A stretch of DNA of 64,000 nt from Pristiophorus japonicus (lineage: Eukaryota). Below the pieces are notes generated by a model, which ran no database searches, was not told the DNA's origin, and saw nothing but the letters and a program-made list of their open reading frames with translations. Positions 1-13,347 of the stretch are shown one piece after another. The translations under genes and the position numbers were made by a program. The stretch spans positions 77,252,001-77,316,000 of the forward strand of contig NC_091987.1 of the NCBI RefSeq assembly GCF_044704955.1, written 5' to 3'. Positions within the stretch are counted from its first letter, which is position 1, and the number at the start of each line of letters is the position of its first letter.

Positions 1-1329
1 AAATAACTAGTGAGTGCATCTGTTCTTTTAAATTCACCATGTTTTTTTAATAAACTATAAGGATAAATTCAATGAGCCTGTGACCCCAGTGTTGAGCTGT
101 GCTTTAAGGGAGCATGGTTCAGGGATTGAGGGCTACACTGTTATAGTTCTATCGCTGATTGACACTCCCTTTGAGTGTGTGGCACAATGCTCGGAGTGAG
201 AATTTACCTGACAGTTCCCATGAAAATTAAATCGACTGGGGCCTTCAAATATGGGATGTATGCCTAATTCTTAGGAAAATTCATCTCCATTTAAATAAAT
301 CAAAGCAGTTTGTCTTTCAAATATTTTTGTTTCTTATTCTTTTACTCTATTATATTAAATCTGAAGAGCCAAGCATTTTACATATCATCTAATTGGAGGT
401 GTAGACAGACATTTCATAATATGAAACATCCAGCATACCAAGCACTAACTTTGGATAAATCTCCTTTCCCATTATAATTTTCAAATCCAGAGTTAGAATG
501 TGCAAATAGTTTATTATTTATTGTAAGGTAATAAACGGCTCTTTATCACTTAGAGTTGAATACTTAGAGAATAAAATAAATGGTGGTGAATGGAGAACTT
601 GTGAAATTATTTTAGGAAATGAGTGAGTGATAGTAAAATCATGCAATGATGAATGTTGTGGGTAGGTGAATGGACAAGATAGCAGTATAAGAAAGGGGAA
701 GGGAGTGAATACATAGAGAATGGGGTGCCAAGATCACTATAGTTCTCAGAATGATGTACCAAAAGCTGGCTGTTGTCTAAGTGTACAAGGAAAAGAAAAA
801 CTGACACAATTCAATTTTATGAAAATGAAGTGACAGAATAAACTAGGCCCTTTTGCTCCATTACCCCAGCCTTATCTTGCTACTCCAGGCAGTTCCCAGG
901 AGTAGGAGTAACAGAGGTGGGCAGGAGGGAAATAGGATGGGAAGCTAGCTTCTGTACCTCTGCTGGTCCTGGTAGAGAAATCAAGGTTGGAGCAGGGAAG
1001 TGGCTCAAGGGGCCACTGCCCCATTTTCATGCCATTTCCGATGCTACCGTGCCGAATAGTGGAGTAAAATTCAACCCATAAAGTTTGAGCATTTTTCCAT
1101 AGTTTTTTTACATGTTTTCAGACCTGATCAGGAAAATGTAAAAGTAAAATATCCTTTTGATGTTCAGAAGTGTGTTCAATTGCACCTGAGAAACAACAGT
1201 TGAAAATATCAGGATTATTATTAGCAATAACAATAGGCAGTGAGAATTGTGTGGGGTAGAACAGCAAATCAAATCCACCATTTTGAGAAAATACTCAACT
1301 GGAGGGCGGCTCATTTCATGTACTGAAAA

Positions 1330-4300
1330 GGGATCTGGCCCAGGTGGATTAGAAACAAAGACTTGTAGGTAGAACAGTAAATGAGCAATGGGAGACTCGC
1401 AAAGAGGAGATGGTTCAGGTGCAGGCTAGACACTTTATGAAGGAGAAAGGAATGATTTCCAAAGCTAGAGCTCCCTGGATGACTAAAGGTTAAAACGAAC
1501 AGAAAAAGGAGGCTTATGATTGTCAGATGCCTACTAGAATAGAGAATCAAGAAGAATGCAGAAAGTTCAGATTAGTGGGTAGCATAAAAGGGAATACTAA
1601 AGTATTTTATAAACATTTAAATAGTAAAGGATAGTCAAAGGAAGGGTGGGGCCAATTCATAACCAAAAGGGAGATCTATTTATGAAAGGGAAATCATGTT
1701 TGACAAATTTGCTGGAATTCTTTGAGGATGTAATGAACAGGGTGGATAAAGGGGAACCAGTGGATGTAATGTATTTGGACTTCCAGAAGGCATTTGACAA
1801 GGTGCCACATAAAAGATTACTGCACAAGATAAAACTTCATAGGGTTGGGGGTAATATATTAGCATGGATAGAGGATTCGCTAATTAACAGAAAACAGAGA
1901 GTCGGGATAAATGGGTGGGGTTGGCAATCAGTAACCAGTGGGGTGCTGCAGGGATCAGTGTTGGGACCCTAACTATTTACAATCTATATTAACGACTTGG
2001 ATGAAGGGACCGAGTGTAATGTAGCCAAGTTTGCTGACAATACAAAGATGGGAGGAAAAGCAATGTGCGAGGAGGACACAAAAAACAAAAGCAAAAGGAC
2101 ATTGACAGGCTAAGTGAGTGGGCAAAAATTTGGCAGATGGAGTATAATGTTGGAAAGTGTGAGGTTATGCACTTTGGCAGAAAAAAAATCAAAGAGCAAG
2201 TTATTATTTAAATGGAGAAAAATTGCAAAGTGCTGCAGTACAGCAGGACCTGGGGGTCCTGGTGCATGAAACACACAAGGTTCGTATGCAGATACAGCAA
2301 GTGATCAGGAAGGTCAATGGAATCTTGGTCTTTATTGCTAAGAGGATGCAGTATAAAAACAGTGAAGTTTTGCTACAGTTATACAGGGTATTGGTGAGGC
2401 CACATCTAGAGTACTGCGTAGAGTTTTGTTTTCCATATTTAAGAAAGGATATACTTGCTTTGGAGGCTGTTCAGAGAAAGTTTATGAGATTGATTCCAGA
2501 GATGAAGGGGTTGACTTATGAGGAAAGGTTGAGTAGGTTGGGCATCTACTTATTGGAATTCAGAAGAATGAGAGGTGATTTTTATCGAAACGTATAAGAT
2601 TATGAGGGGCTTGATAAGGTGGATGCAGAGAGGATGTTTCCACTGATGGGGGAGGCTAGAACTAGGGGGCATAATCTTAGAATAAGGGGCCGCCCATTTA
2701 AAACAGAGATGAGGAGAAATTTCTTCTGAGGGCTATAAATCTGTGGAATTTGCTGCCTGAGAGAGCTGTGGAAGCTGGGTCATTGAATAAATTTAAGACA
2801 GAGATAGACAGTTTCTTAACCGATAAGGGGATAAGGGTTATGGAAAGCAGACAGGGAAGTGGAGCCGAGTCCATGATCAGATCAGCCATGATCGCATTCA
2901 ATGGCGGAGCAGGCTCGAGGGGCCATATGACCTACTCCTGTTCCTATTTCTCATGTTCTTCTTGTGGAGATAGAGAGCATGGCTGAAGTACTAAATGAAT
3001 ATTTTGCTTCTGTCTTCATAAAATAAGAGGATGCTGCCAATGTCACAGTAATAGTAGAGAAATAGATAGAGGAGGTGCTTAAAAGATTGGCAGCGTTCAA
3101 AGTAGAAAAGTAATCTGGTCCGCATGCATCTTCAGTTACCGAGGAAAGTAAGGGTGGAAATAACATGGGCTCCAGTGACAACCTTCCAATCCACCTTGAA
3201 TATGGGAATGGTGCCAGAGGACTGAAGGTGTGCAAATGTTACACCCCTGTTCAAAAAAGCAGAGGCAGATAAACCCAATTAATACATGCCAGTCAGTCTA
3301 ACGTCAGTGGTGGGGAAACATTTAGAGACAGTAGTCCAGGACAAAAATAATTGTCACTTGGAAAGACGTAGGTTGATAAATGACAGCACACACGGAATTG
3401 TTAGAGGAAAATCATATCTGACAAACTTGATTGAGTTCTTTGATGAGGGTAGTGTGGTTGATGTTGTGTATTTGGATTTTCAAAAAGGTGTTTGATAAAG
3501 TACCACGTAATAAAAATTGAAGCCCATGGGATCAAAGAGGCAGTAGTAGCATGGATATGAAATTGGGACAAAAAGCAGAGTAGTGGAAAACGATTGTTTT
3601 TTAGACTGGAATGAAGTATACAGTGCTGTTCCCCATGCAGAACCACTGTTCTTTTTCATATATATTAATGACCTAAAGTTGGGTCTTCAGGGCTTAATTT
3701 AAAAGTTTGCAGATGACACGAAACTCAGAAATGTAATACAGTGAGGAGGATAGTAACAGACTTCATGAGGACAAAGTCAGACTGGTGAAATTGGCACATA
3801 CATTAAATTTAATGCAGAGAAGTGTGAAGTATTGCATTTTGGTAGGAAGAATGAGAAATGGCAATATAAAATAAATGGTACAATTTTAAAGGGGGTGTAG
3901 GAACAGAGACCTGGGGCTATGCATACACAAAGTCTTTGAAGGTGGCTGTTAAAAAGCATTGGGATCCTTAGCTCTATAAATTAAAGTACAGAGTACAAAA
4001 ACAAGGAACTTATGCTAAACCTTTATAAAATCACTGGCTGGGCCTCAGCTGGAGTACTGTGTCCAATTCTGTCATCACATTTTAGGAAGAGTCTCAAGGC
4101 CTTGGTGAAGGTGCAGAGAAGACTTACTAGAATTATCCCAGGAATGAGGGCCTTCAGTTATATGGAGAAATTAGAGAAGCTGGGATTGTTCTCTACAGAG
4201 CAGAGAAGACCAAGGGAGGTTTAATATGTTGAGAGGTTTTGATAGACTAGATAGAGAGAAACGGTTTCCACTGGCAGCAGGGTCAGTAACCAGAGGACAC

Positions 4301-4574
4301 AGATTTAAGGTAATTGCCAAAAGTACCAGAGAGGAGATGAGGAGAATTGTTTTACACAAAGTGTGGTGAAAAAGCAGAATCAATAGTATCTTTCAAAATG
4401 GAATTAGATAAATACTTGAAGGGGGGGGTGGGGGGGGAGAAACTCTAAGACGATGGGGGGGCGGGGGGCGGGGAAGAGCAAGGAGCTGGGACTAATTGGG
4501 TAGCTCTCAAAAGAACCGGCACATGCATGATGGGCCGAATGGCCCCTTCTGTGCTGTATGATTCAATGATTCTA
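1330..4574 (+). mobile_element. Old CR1-clade LINE (ORF2 remnant, 1330-1680 + 2962-4574) interrupted by a younger CR1
   Basis: Decayed RT motifs (PVSLTSVVGK, GKSYLTNLIEFFDE, VYLDFQK, FADD-like), CR1-type 3' end gggccgaatggcc...atgattc; sequence reads through across the 1681-2960 insert. Confidence 0.85.
1681..2960 (+). mobile_element. 5'-truncated CR1 LINE
   Basis: [35 protein letters not shown]; 3' UTR tail ggagcaggctcgaggggc..cctactcctg..ttctcatgttctt. Confidence 0.93.
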
Positions 4575-6156
4575 AGTATGAACATATGCAGATGAAAGCT
4601 GTATATCTAGACCTACTGCTAACATGGTCTAGCTGTTAGAGTGCAACAGTCAGCTAAATATACTGACCCTGCATTTCCGGCCACTCTGATGGACAGGTTT
4701 ACATAAAGGACCACAAATTAAAAAGACTAGCAGTTCAGGAGCCCATAACGCTATTATTTTCTAAAAGGATGTGGTTGGTTGAGTCTGAAAAACCTATTGT
4801 TCGAGTTTCCTGAACAGCTTTGAAAGTATATGTTCCCCAATCATATAACCACTAGATATGTGTCTCATTTGTGCAATGTCAATTACCCTATATTGATGTT
4901 GCTGACAGTATTTATTCAAAATGAATATTTGCCAAGGTTTTATATACAATAATGAATAGCTGACTGATTCAGAGATTATTTAATTGAGGGATTTAAGTGA
5001 TGTCATAAACTGTAAGAAGGAAGCTCAATCCAATGCTAACAGGACTACAGTTTTGGAATTTGACTCTTTGCTTTAATAAGGTTGTTGTACAGAGGGTGAA
5101 CTCACCCCAAACACACACACACTTTGAAGCTGGCTGAAGGGCAGATTGGCTCTACTGAAACATTTACAACAAACTTCATCCTGCCCTGACGGACAAGGAG
5201 CCAGTAAGTAGCAGTACAGTGACATTCTGCAGCATTACATAAACAGCAATCAGCAAATTCAGATACGGCTATATGCATTTAAGGTTACATAATCATGTTT
5301 CTTTTAAGTAAAAGCATAAAAAAATCAACCCAATGGAAAACAACAATAAACATCTATCAGTGCATAGGACAGTCTCTCACACATGTTCATATGGAAAGAA
5401 ATAAGGCCAGAAACTCTCTGAACAACAGCTTCCCTTCTTAAAATTTGTCCCAAAGAATATAAGCTTGCAGTTTAATCTCCTGATTCATATATTATGAAAA
5501 TCCTTCACATGACATTCAATTTGGCTCTTTTACAGCTATTGACCAAAATTATCATCTGTCATTTCTAAGCCCGAAGTTTTGGAGGCCTAGAATTTCTGCA
5601 GGAATTTTCAGCAGATCAGATCAGCAGACTCCCTTCCTCAGAGAAATAGTGTAAAAGACTAAAATTGGTTGTTTATGCAGTTTCTCAAGGGATTCCGCCA
5701 CATTTACAGTGGGAGAACAGTGTGGAAATTCAGTGCCGTAGATTTATCTTTTGGTGGTTCAATAAACTCAGAGGCCATCAAAAATAAACAACCCTTCCCA
5801 ATTATTACAGTATCCATCAGCATCTCAATGTGTTTCCTAAGGACAATGCACAATTGATTTCAAGAATAGAAATACATTTCTGACTTAGCGGGCTTATATC
5901 AAGTTATTTGCTGAGCCAAACTTTTCTGAGTTAGCTGATCTGGGTTGGGCTGAAGGTAAGCGCCACAATTAGCCTCAACACTCCTGGTTTAGGGAAGAGA
6001 CAATCAGGCAGCAATATCCAGTGATTTCTGTTGGAATTCTTATGCGTGGACGGGCTTGGTCTCGGCTGAGATGACTCTGCAGTTGAATAGTCTGCTGCCA
6101 CTCAACGCTAAGGTTCACACTTGAATAATGGTCATTTGGTGAGGTACAGGAGGGTG

Positions 6157-8003
6157 ACATAGAAACATCGAAAATAGGTGCACGAGTCGGTCATTCAGCC
6201 CTTCGAGCCTGTACCACCATTCAATATGATCATGGCTGATCATGCAACATCAGTACCCCATTCCTGCATTCTCTCCATACCCCTTGATCCCTTTAGCCGT
6301 AAGGGCCACATCTAACTCCCTTTTGAATATATCTAACGAACTGGCATCAACAACTTTCTGTGGTAGAGAATTCCACAGGTTCACAACTCTGAGTGAAGAA
6401 GTTTCTCCTCATCTCGGTCCTAAATGGCTTACCCCTTATCCTTAGACTGTGACTCCTGGTTCTGGACTTCAACATTGGGAACATTCTTCCTGCATCTAAC
6501 CTGTCCAATCCATCAGAATTTTATATGTTTCTATGAGATCCCCTCTCATTCTTATAAATTCCAGTGAATATAAGCCTAGTCGATCCAATCTTTCCTCATA
6601 TGTCAGTCCTGCCATCCTGGGAATCAGTCTGGTGAACCTTCGCTGCATTCTCTCAATAGCAAGAATGTCCTTCCTCAGATTAGGAGACCAAAACTGTGTA
6701 CAATATTCAAGGTGTGACCTCACCAAGACCCTGTGCAACTGTAGTAAGACCTCCCTGCTCCTATACTCAAATCCTCTCGCTATGAAGGCCAACATGCCAT
6801 TTGCCGCCTTCACCGTCTGTTGTACCTGCATGCCAACTTTCAATGACTGATGTACCATGACACCCAGGTCTCGTTGCACCTCCCCTTTTCCTAATCTGTC
6901 ACCATTCAGATAATATTCTGCCTTCCTGTTTTTGCCACCAATGTGGATAACCTCACATTTATCTACATTATACTGCATCTACCATGCATTTGCCCACTCA
7001 ACTAACCTGTCCAAGTCACCCTGCAACCTCTTAGCATCCTCCTCACAGCTCACACTGCCACCCAGCTTAGTGTCATCTGCAAACTTGGAGAGATTACATT
7101 CAATTCCTTTGTCCAAATCATTAATGTATATTGTAAATAGCTGGGGGCCCAACACTGAACCTTGCAATACTCCATTAGTCACTGCCTGCCATTCTGAAAA
7201 GGACCCGTTTATTCCTACTCTTTGCTTCCTGTCTGCTAACCAGATCTCTATCCACATCAATACATTACCTCCAATACCATGTGCTTTAATTTTGCACACT
7301 AATCTCTTGTGTGGGACCTTGTCAAAAGCCTTTTGAAAGTCCAACTACACCACATCCAAAGGTTCTCCCTTGTCCACTCTACTAGTTACATCCTCAAAAA
7401 ATTCTAGAAGATTTGTCAAGCATGATTTCCCTTTCATAAATCCATGCTGACTTGGACCGATCCTATCACTGCTTTCCAAATGCGCTGCTATTTCATCTTT
7501 AATAATTGATTCCAACATTTTCCCCACTACCGATGTCGGGTTAACCAGTCTATAATTCCGTGTTTTCTCTCTCCCTCCTTTTTTAAAAAATGGGGTTATA
7601 TTAGTTACCCGCCAATCCATAGGAACTGATCCAGAGTCTATAGAATTTTGGAAAATGACCACCAATGCGTCCACTATTTCTAAGGCCACTTCGTTAAGTA
7701 CTTTAGGATGCAGACTATCAGGCCCTGGGGATGTATCGGCCTTCAATCCCATCAATTTCCCTAACACAATTTCCTGACTAATAAAGGATTTCCTTCAGTT
7801 CCTCCTTCTCACTAGACCCTCGGTCTCTTAGTATTTCCGGAAGGTTATTTGTGTCTTCCTTAGTGAAGACAAAACCAAAGTATTTGTTCAATTGGTCTGC
7901 CATTTCTTTGTTCCCTATTATAAATTCACCTGATTCTGACTGCAAGAGACCTACCTACATTTGTCTTCACTAATCATTTTCTCTTCACATATCTATAGAA
8001 GCT
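6157..8003 (-). mobile_element. 5'-truncated CR1 LINE
   Basis: Minus-strand ORFs 7345-7767, 6979-7344 and 6496-6978 with RT motifs (KFADDTKLG); tail repeat at 6157-6180. Confidence 0.95.
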
Positions 8004-8499
8004 AGATTGCTAGATGTTGGCTTTGGTCAGAGGATGAAAAGAAAGATAAGTTAGTGAGGAGAGAGAAATTTCAAGTGAACAACTATATTTTACACTTCAC
8101 TGTTTGTAGAGCACCAGCTCTCAAACTGTTGGGTCATGAAGCACGTGCAGACAGAGCATGGCAACAGGCTGGAAGAACCTGAATCAACTGTCTAAATATA
8201 CATTTAATTTGAATAATGCTGATACTGCAGTGGTTGTGTAGCGGTTCTTATCATTTGGCTATAGCCCACATTAACCTCCTCCCCTCAGCAAAGACCCACA
8301 CACATTTAATTATCTTTTGACAGTTTCTCCCCTTCTGAAGTTCAGATGACTACTCTCTTTGGTTCAGTGGCTCGAACCCATTCATTCCCACTCTCTGCGA
8401 ACTCTTTTGATGGCTCAAACTTGCTCAGTCTGTTCTCGGTGCTTCTTGAGGGGTTCTCGTCTACTTCCGCCCCATTCCTGCAGTCTCCACTCAGCAGAA

Positions 8500-8685
8500 A
8501 AGAGAAGGAATGAAAGAAAGAGGAGAATCAGAAGTGAATGAGTGAGAAAAACATTTGGAAGGGGGAGAAACAAGAAAAGGAGATAGAAATTGGAGAAAAG
8601 CAGAGGGAAGAAGGAAAGAAAGAAACTGGAAGAAAGAAAAAGCAGAAGGAAAGGAGGAATAGAAAGAGACAGAATTAAAGGCATG
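8500..8685. repeat. Purine-rich (GA) low-complexity tract
   Basis: Almost exclusively A/G on the + strand. Confidence 0.8.
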
Positions 8686-8904
8686 TTTGTAGACTTATCG
8701 GTACCACTTTCCTTAGCTAGGTCGGCATGATAGGCTACGATAATGTTTTGGTGTAGCCTACCTGGAAAAAGTTTGAAATGGTGGTGCCCAACTTAAAAAT
8801 ATTTGAGAATCACTTCTTGAAATAGAAAATGTAGAAATAACGTGAAAAGGGCAGAAAGGGAAAAGAAAAGTGTGCAATTTAATCTAAAAAAGTATTGTCT
8901 ATAT

Positions 8905-9090
8905 CAGAAATAAAAACAGAAGATGGTGGAAATACTCAGCAGGTCAGGCAACATCCGTGGAGAGAGAAACAGAGTTAACGTTTTGAAACATTAACTTTCT
9001 CTTTCCACAGATGCTGCCTGACCTGCTGAGTATTTCTAGCATTTCTTGTTTTTATTTTAGATTTTCAGCATCCAGAGTATTCTGCTTTTG
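8905..9090. repeat. Palindromic Penelope-like pseudo-LTR remnant (~75-bp inverted arms)
   Basis: aaataaaaacag..aaatactcagcaggtcaggcaacatccgtggagagag..gttaacgttt mirrored by aaacattaac..tccacagatgctgcctgacctgctgagtattt..tgtttttattt; same family at 56640. Confidence 0.7.
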
Positions 9091-9875
9091 TCTATATCAG
9101 ATCCTGTTGAAAGTTTAAAAAATAACGACAGAGGTTTGTAAACTTAGATAAATACCCCTAGAAATTCTGCCCGTTTATGGAATGGAATAGACGTAATCGG
9201 GACGGGGAGCGTATATTGGCACAGAACCCATTTCTGCTGAGTTTCTTGGCCACTTAGAGAAATATCAACTGGGGTATAGGCACTTTCACTGCCTCCGTTG
9301 TAACCTCACTTTTAGAAGTAGCTCTGGCAGGATGACAATCTCCACCGGAAATTCTCAGTTCTGCCCAGCAAACGGCCAACAGCAAGCAAGCATATTTGTT
9401 GCACAACTGCTGTATGTGGGCCCACAATGCCATAGCCAAAATGGCAAACAACCAGAAAGATTAATTGCTGTTAGGAGAGCTGCACATCATCAATGGCACA
9501 GCTAAAACTTTAAATTTCAAACCGTGGTAACTGAGGCCAGATGAATATGTGCCCCTCTGACAGGACAGCAAGGTGCCATTCTGAAATCCGTGTGTCCTGA
9601 GAGACAGACACCACAGTAGTATTGTAAATAGCATGGACACCTGCCTTTATTATGCAAATGACCCCATCTTCAATTCCTTGGAATTTGAAGACAGGGTCAG
9701 ACTTAAGGCAGATGACTGAGTAAAAGCTCTGCCCCAACATGCAGAGCAGGGCTCTCGGGGTTTCTATCTTATATGACAGCAGGAGGCACCTGACACAAGG
9801 ATCCTTGCAGTTGCTGGGAGCACAAAGGTTTCAGGCAAATTGCACCATTGATAAAATCAGTTCTTTCCTCATAAC

Positions 9876-11713
9876 ATATAGATATGTAAAGAGAAAAAGG
9901 TTAGTAAAGACAAACGTAGGTCCCCTGCAGTCAGAATCAGGGGAAGTCATAACGGGGAACAAAGAAATGGCGGACCAATTGAACAAGTACTTTGGTTCGG
10001 TATTCACGAAGGAGGACACGAACAACCTTCCGGTTATAAAAGGGGTCGGGGGGTCTAGTAAGGAGGAGGAACTGAGGGAAATCCTTATTAGCCGGGAAAT
10101 TGTGTTGGGGAAATTGATGGGATTGAAGGCCGATAAATCCCCAGGGCCTGATGGACTGCATCCCAGAGTACTTAAGGAAGTGGCCTTGGAAATAGTGGAT
10201 GCGTTGACAGTCATTTTCCAACATTCCATTGACTCTGGATCAGTTCCTATCGAGTGGAGGGTAGCCAATGTAACCCCACTTTTTAAAAAAGGAGGGAGAG
10301 AGAAAACAGGGAATTATAGACCGGTCAGCCTGACATCGGTAGTGGGTAAAATGATGGAATCAATTATTAAGGATGTCATAGCAGTGCATTTGGAAAGAGG
10401 TGACATGATAGGTCCAAGTCAGCATGGATTTGTGAAAGGGAAATCATGCTTGACAAATCTTCTTGAATTTTTTGAGGATGTTTCCAGTAGAGTGGACAAG
10501 GGAGAACCAGTTGATGTGGTATATTTGGACTTTCAGAAGGCGTTCGACAAGGTCCCACACAAGAGATTGATGTGCAAAGTTAGAGCACATGGGATTGGGG
10601 GTAGTGTACTGACATGGATTGAGAACTGGTTGTCAGACAGGAAGCAAAGAGTAGGAGTAAATGGGGACTTTTCAGAATGGCAGGCAGTGACTAGTGGGGT
10701 ACCGCAAGGTTCTGTGCTGGGGCCCCAGCTGTTTACACTGTACATTAATGATTTAGATGAGGGCATTAAATGTAGTATCTCCAAATTTGCGGATGACACT
10801 AAGTTGGATGGCAGTGTGAGCTGCGAGGAGGATGCTGTGAGGCTGCAGAGCGACTTGGATAGATTAGGTGAGTGGGCAAATGCATGGCAGATGAAGTATA
10901 ATGTGGATAAATGTGAGGTTATCCACTTTGGTGGTAAAAACAGAGAGACAGACTATTATCTGAATGGTGACAGATTAGGAAAAGGGGAGGTGCAAAGAGA
11001 CCTGGGTGTCATGGTACATCAGTCATTGAAGGTTGGCATGCAGGTGCAGCAGGCAGTTAAGAAAGCAAATGGCACGTTGGCCTTCATAGCAAGGGCAGGG
11101 GCAGGGAGGTGTTGCTACAGTTGTACAGGGCATTGGTGAGGCCACACCTGGAGTATTGTGTACAGTTTTGGTCTCCTAACCTGAGGAAGGACATTCTTGC
11201 TATTGAGGGAGTGCAGCGAAGGTTCACCAGACTGATTCCCGGGATGGCGGGACTGACCTATCAAGAAAGACTGGATCAACTGGGCTTGTATTCACTGGAG
11301 TTCAGAAGAATGAGAGGGGACCTCATAGAAACATTTAAAATTCTGACGGGGTTAGACAGGTTAGATGCAGGAAGAATGTTCCCAATGTTGGGGAAGTCCA
11401 GAACCAGGGGTCACAGTCTAAGGATAAGGGGTAAGCCATTTAGGACCGAGATGCGGAGGAACTTCTTCACCGAGAGAGTGGTGAACCTGTGGAATTCTCT
11501 ACCACAGAAAGTTGTTGAGGCCAATTCACTAAATATATTCAAAAAGGAGTTAGATGAGGTCCTTACTACTAGGGGGATCAAGGGGTATGGTGAGAAAGCA
11601 GGAATGGGGTACTGAAGTTGAATGTTCAGCCATGAACTCATTGAATGGCGGTGCAGGCTAGAAGGGCCGAATGGCCTACTCCTGCACCTATTTTCTATGT
11701 TTCTATGTTTCTA
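9876..11713 (+). mobile_element. Young 5'-truncated CR1 LINE, RT nearly intact
   Basis: 466-aa ORF (RT from ~residue 47) plus 168-aa ORF separated by one small deletion near 11095; (tttctatg)n tail. Confidence 0.96.
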
Positions 11714-12219
11714 AACACTTCTAGTTTCTAGAAGTGATGGGTAACACTGCATTTGAATTTCTGAATACAAAGCACAGAGTTGGAGATATTAGCCCCGATT
11801 TTAACTCATGGCGCGTTTAGAGTGGGTAGTGTTTGCCGGCTAGGCGGGAGTCCCCCACTGACTGCTTGGCATGAGACCAGGGCCATTTTAACTCCTGGGA
11901 CTCCTTTGAATTGTTCAGGTCTTCCTCCTGTCTGAAACTGGCAGCAGTGACAATGTGGCTGGTGGGTGGGAGCTGGAATTGTGCCAGGAGCCACATGCCA
12001 CCGGAGGATCCAAGAGAACAATTCCTGGCACACAGTCTGGCTCACTATCTGCCCGTTCAGGTAGACGGAAAATATCTCATTGTACTATTCAAAGACGATC
12101 AGGGAGTTCTTCTGTAAAATATAATTTTCTTTGTGCAACTTTGAAATTGAAAGCAATAATTGAGAAAACTAGCAAATATCTAAATGAAGAAACCAAATAA
12201 CTTTATCAACAACAACTGG

Positions 12220-12800
12220 CATACAAGTAAGCACCTCTAATGTAGAAAAAACATCCCAAAGTGTTTCACAAAGATGCAAACAGAAAAATGGACACCAAGC
12301 CAAAGGAGATATTAGGAGGGGTGATCAAGTCCTTGATCAGTGAGATGGGTTTTAAGGAATGAGTTAAAGAAGTAGAGGAAAAAGGATAGGCAGAGCAGTT
12401 GAGGGAGTGAATTCCAGAGCATAGGACTGAGGTAGCTGAAGACATGGTCGCCAATGATGAGGTGAAGTGGGGAGGAGTACGTGAGAGGCCAGAGTTAGAG
12501 AAAGAGAGAGTTCAGAGGAGGTTAGAGATTAGAATGGTCACGGTCCTGTAGGGAATTAAACACGAGGATGAGAATGTTAAATTTCAGACATTGGGGAACT
12601 GGGAACTACTGTAGGTCAGCAAGAATAGGAGTGATGGGCGAGTGCGATTACTGCAGGATAAGACGCAGGCAGGATTGTTTTGGATGAACTGAAGTTTGCA
12701 GAGGACAGGAGACTGTTCTGGAGAACATTGGAATAGTTGAGTTTGGTGACTAGCATAAATTAGGGTTTCAGTAGCAGTCAGGTGACATGGGGGAAGAAGT
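12220..12800 (-). mobile_element. Old L2-clade LINE 3' fragment
   Basis: Reverse complement resembles the 3' part of the L2 copy at 16940-17917. Confidence 0.6.
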
Positions 12801-13243
12801 AGACAATATTACAAATGTGGAAGTAGGAACATACAAAATTGACAGGCAGGAAAAGACCAACTGGTCCATCAAGCTTGCCCTGCACCATGATGGAGAACAT
12901 TTTCATGTGCATACCTCCACAAACAATCCTTGTTTTTACCTTATTTTTAGAAATGACAAATTTAGTCTCTTTTGTATCTTACTGCATTTTGACCATCAGA
13001 GATCGCCAACATTATCACTATGATCAACTGATTACACCTGATATTGAACCAAGAATTATCAACTGAATTACCACATTCACCAAATTAGCTTTCAATATTC
13101 AAATGAAATGCAATTGCATTGCAATTGGGTGCAAACTGAACACTGACAGGATACCTGGGCAGTATTAGTGAAGAAGGATCCAGATATCAAATAAAATACT
13201 TGCAAAAATGGTTGACAGAGCTTTTTGTTTTCCATCTTGACAG

Positions 13244-13347
13244 ATGCCGATGGTATGGACCTGAATGACCCTAAGTTGTGTTACATTCTGGATGGAATTC
13301 TCTTTGTGTATGGAATTATAATCACTGCTCTCTACCTTAAACTGAGG
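13244..13347 (+). CDS. CD247: CD247 exon 2 (short ectodomain + transmembrane helix), 104 bp
   Basis: Acceptor ctttttgttttccatcttgacag, donor AGG|gtaagt; phase 1 start; encodes DPKLCYILDGILFVYGIIITALYLKLR with the conserved Cys, Asp, Tyr and Thr of the zeta-zeta interface. Confidence 0.97.

Noticed and set aside
9739-11139. 466-aa ORF as a host or domesticated RT gene
   Set aside because: It is a 5'-truncated CR1 ORF2; the first ~46 codons are flanking DNA open by chance and a deletion shifts the C-terminus
1-13243. CD247 exon 1 / promoter within the window
   Set aside because: I found no ATG plus hydrophobic signal-peptide exon with a phase-1 donor; it probably lies upstream, though a missed exon cannot be excluded
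13244-13347. FCER1G (FcR gamma) identity suggested by LCYILD..LY
   Set aside because: Three downstream ITAMs, DPKLC, RRGKG and GLSTAT..DTYD are zeta-specific; FcR gamma has a single ITAM
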